DNA of 25,861 nucleotides from an uncultured archaeon (GTDB lineage: Archaea > Aenigmatarchaeota > Aenigmatarchaeia > QMZP01), in contig CAYUWT010000001.1 of assembly GCA_964448625.1 (NCBI GenBank), positions 1 through 25,861 on the forward strand, given 5' to 3'. A program made the translations under genes and the position numbers. Within the stretch, counting starts at the first letter, position 1, and the number at the start of each line of letters is the position of its first letter. Positions 25,231 through 25,861 of the stretch are shown piece after piece. Under the pieces are notes generated by a model. It was not told the origin of the DNA, did not search any database, and saw only the letters and a program-made list of their open reading frames with translations.

Positions 25231-25684
25231 ATGGAAAACTTCCATATTGCTGCCCTTTTGCTCGCTTCCGCCCTCTCCCCAATCATCGCTTACCTGATAA
25301 CAAAGAGCTATTCCCCCACCCCTCTGGGCCTTTTTTGGCTCTTTCCTCCCGGATATGCCTCTCGCCGCCCTGAGGCCCTTCGGGGTAAGTGAAACATACA
25401 GCCTGTTCCTTTTTTCCCACACAGCAGGTGTTGCCCTCTTACCTCTCGCTTTCGCACTCGCAGACCTGCTGCTCATTGAACTGCGCCTCCTGAGGTTCCT
25501 GAGCCCGTTCAGGATATTCCTCCCCTCCGGGATGAGAAAAACGGTGTGGGCTGAGGGGCTGGTTGAAAAGCTGATGAAACACCATCTTATCCCTTATCCG
25601 GTAAGGCTGAAGGCAGCTTACATCGCAGGGCTTTATTCAGCTCTTCTCCATTCAGCCCTTGCCGCATTGTTTGCCTTTATGTAG
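25231..25684 (+). pseudogene. frameshifted membrane protein (YdjM-like metal-dependent hydrolase motifs)
   Basis: ATG 25231 (MENFHIAA..., CTTATA 28 nt upstream) is in a different frame from ...WAFFGSFLPD...FSHT...; a +1 shift is needed at about 25301-25330. Confidence 0.55.
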
Positions 25685-25861
25685 TGGAGACCTGCACATA
25701 GCCGGATTTTGCCTCAACAGAGACCTTGTATGCGCCTTCCTGTGTGGGGAGTGTCCCGTTAAGCTGCGAGGTTGACGTTGCTGAAACATCAGTCAGCCCT
25801 GAGGCGGTGTACAGCCGGATTCTTATTGTTGTGGCGTTGATTGTTATATTCGAGACAAGAG
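25677..25861 (-). CDS. 3' end of a gene running in from beyond the window (Ser/Thr-rich, possibly extracellular)
   Basis: The minus frame is open for 60 codons (LVSNITINATT...GYVQVSTT*), with the stop at 25677-25679. Confidence 0.5.
   Translation of the reverse strand, partial: LVSNITINATTIRIRLYTASGLTDVSATSTSQLNGTLPTQEGAYKVSVEAKSGYVQVSTT

Noticed and set aside
25216-25476. 86-aa basic minus-strand ORF
   Set aside because: It is antisense to the frameshifted membrane gene, which has promoter and motif support.
1-25861. tRNA/rRNA genes, integrases, transposases
   Set aside because: No T-loop/cloverleaf pattern or recombinase/transposase motifs were recognised by eye. tRNAscan-SE and HMM searches would be needed to exclude them formally.

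Overview
Gene-dense archaeal window, most likely DPANN-type. The evidence is a PGF-pre-PGF surface protein, a DUF87/HerA-like ATPase, a CxxC-x17-CxxC protein, and TATA-like boxes about 25-30 nt upstream of most start codons; the taxonomy is inference. About 30 CDSs are mostly metabolic or housekeeping: M42 peptidase, bacterial-type RibF, a SerK-like/CBS/cystathionine lyase cluster, an ABC-2 transporter, an MtaD-like deaminase, Qor, a DUF62 SAM hydrolase, SDR, PMM/PGM and DsbA. No tRNA, rRNA, integrase, transposase or convincing CRISPR array was seen. Three things stand out. (1) A dispersed intergenic 20-bp palindrome, CCCGAAC-N-TTAA-N'-GTTCGGG, has four perfect copies and one degenerate copy with compensatory base changes; two copies sit in clusters of other hairpins. 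(2) A 1.45-kb DprA-like + phosphoribosyltransferase (ShosTA-like) cassette is bracketed by a 28/29-bp direct repeat of the ABC permease 3' end. (3) A minimal SerK/SbnI-like ParB-fold gene lies next to cysteine-pathway genes, and a solo Cas4-like nuclease lies further downstream. All product calls come from motif recognition by eye; no database searches were run.
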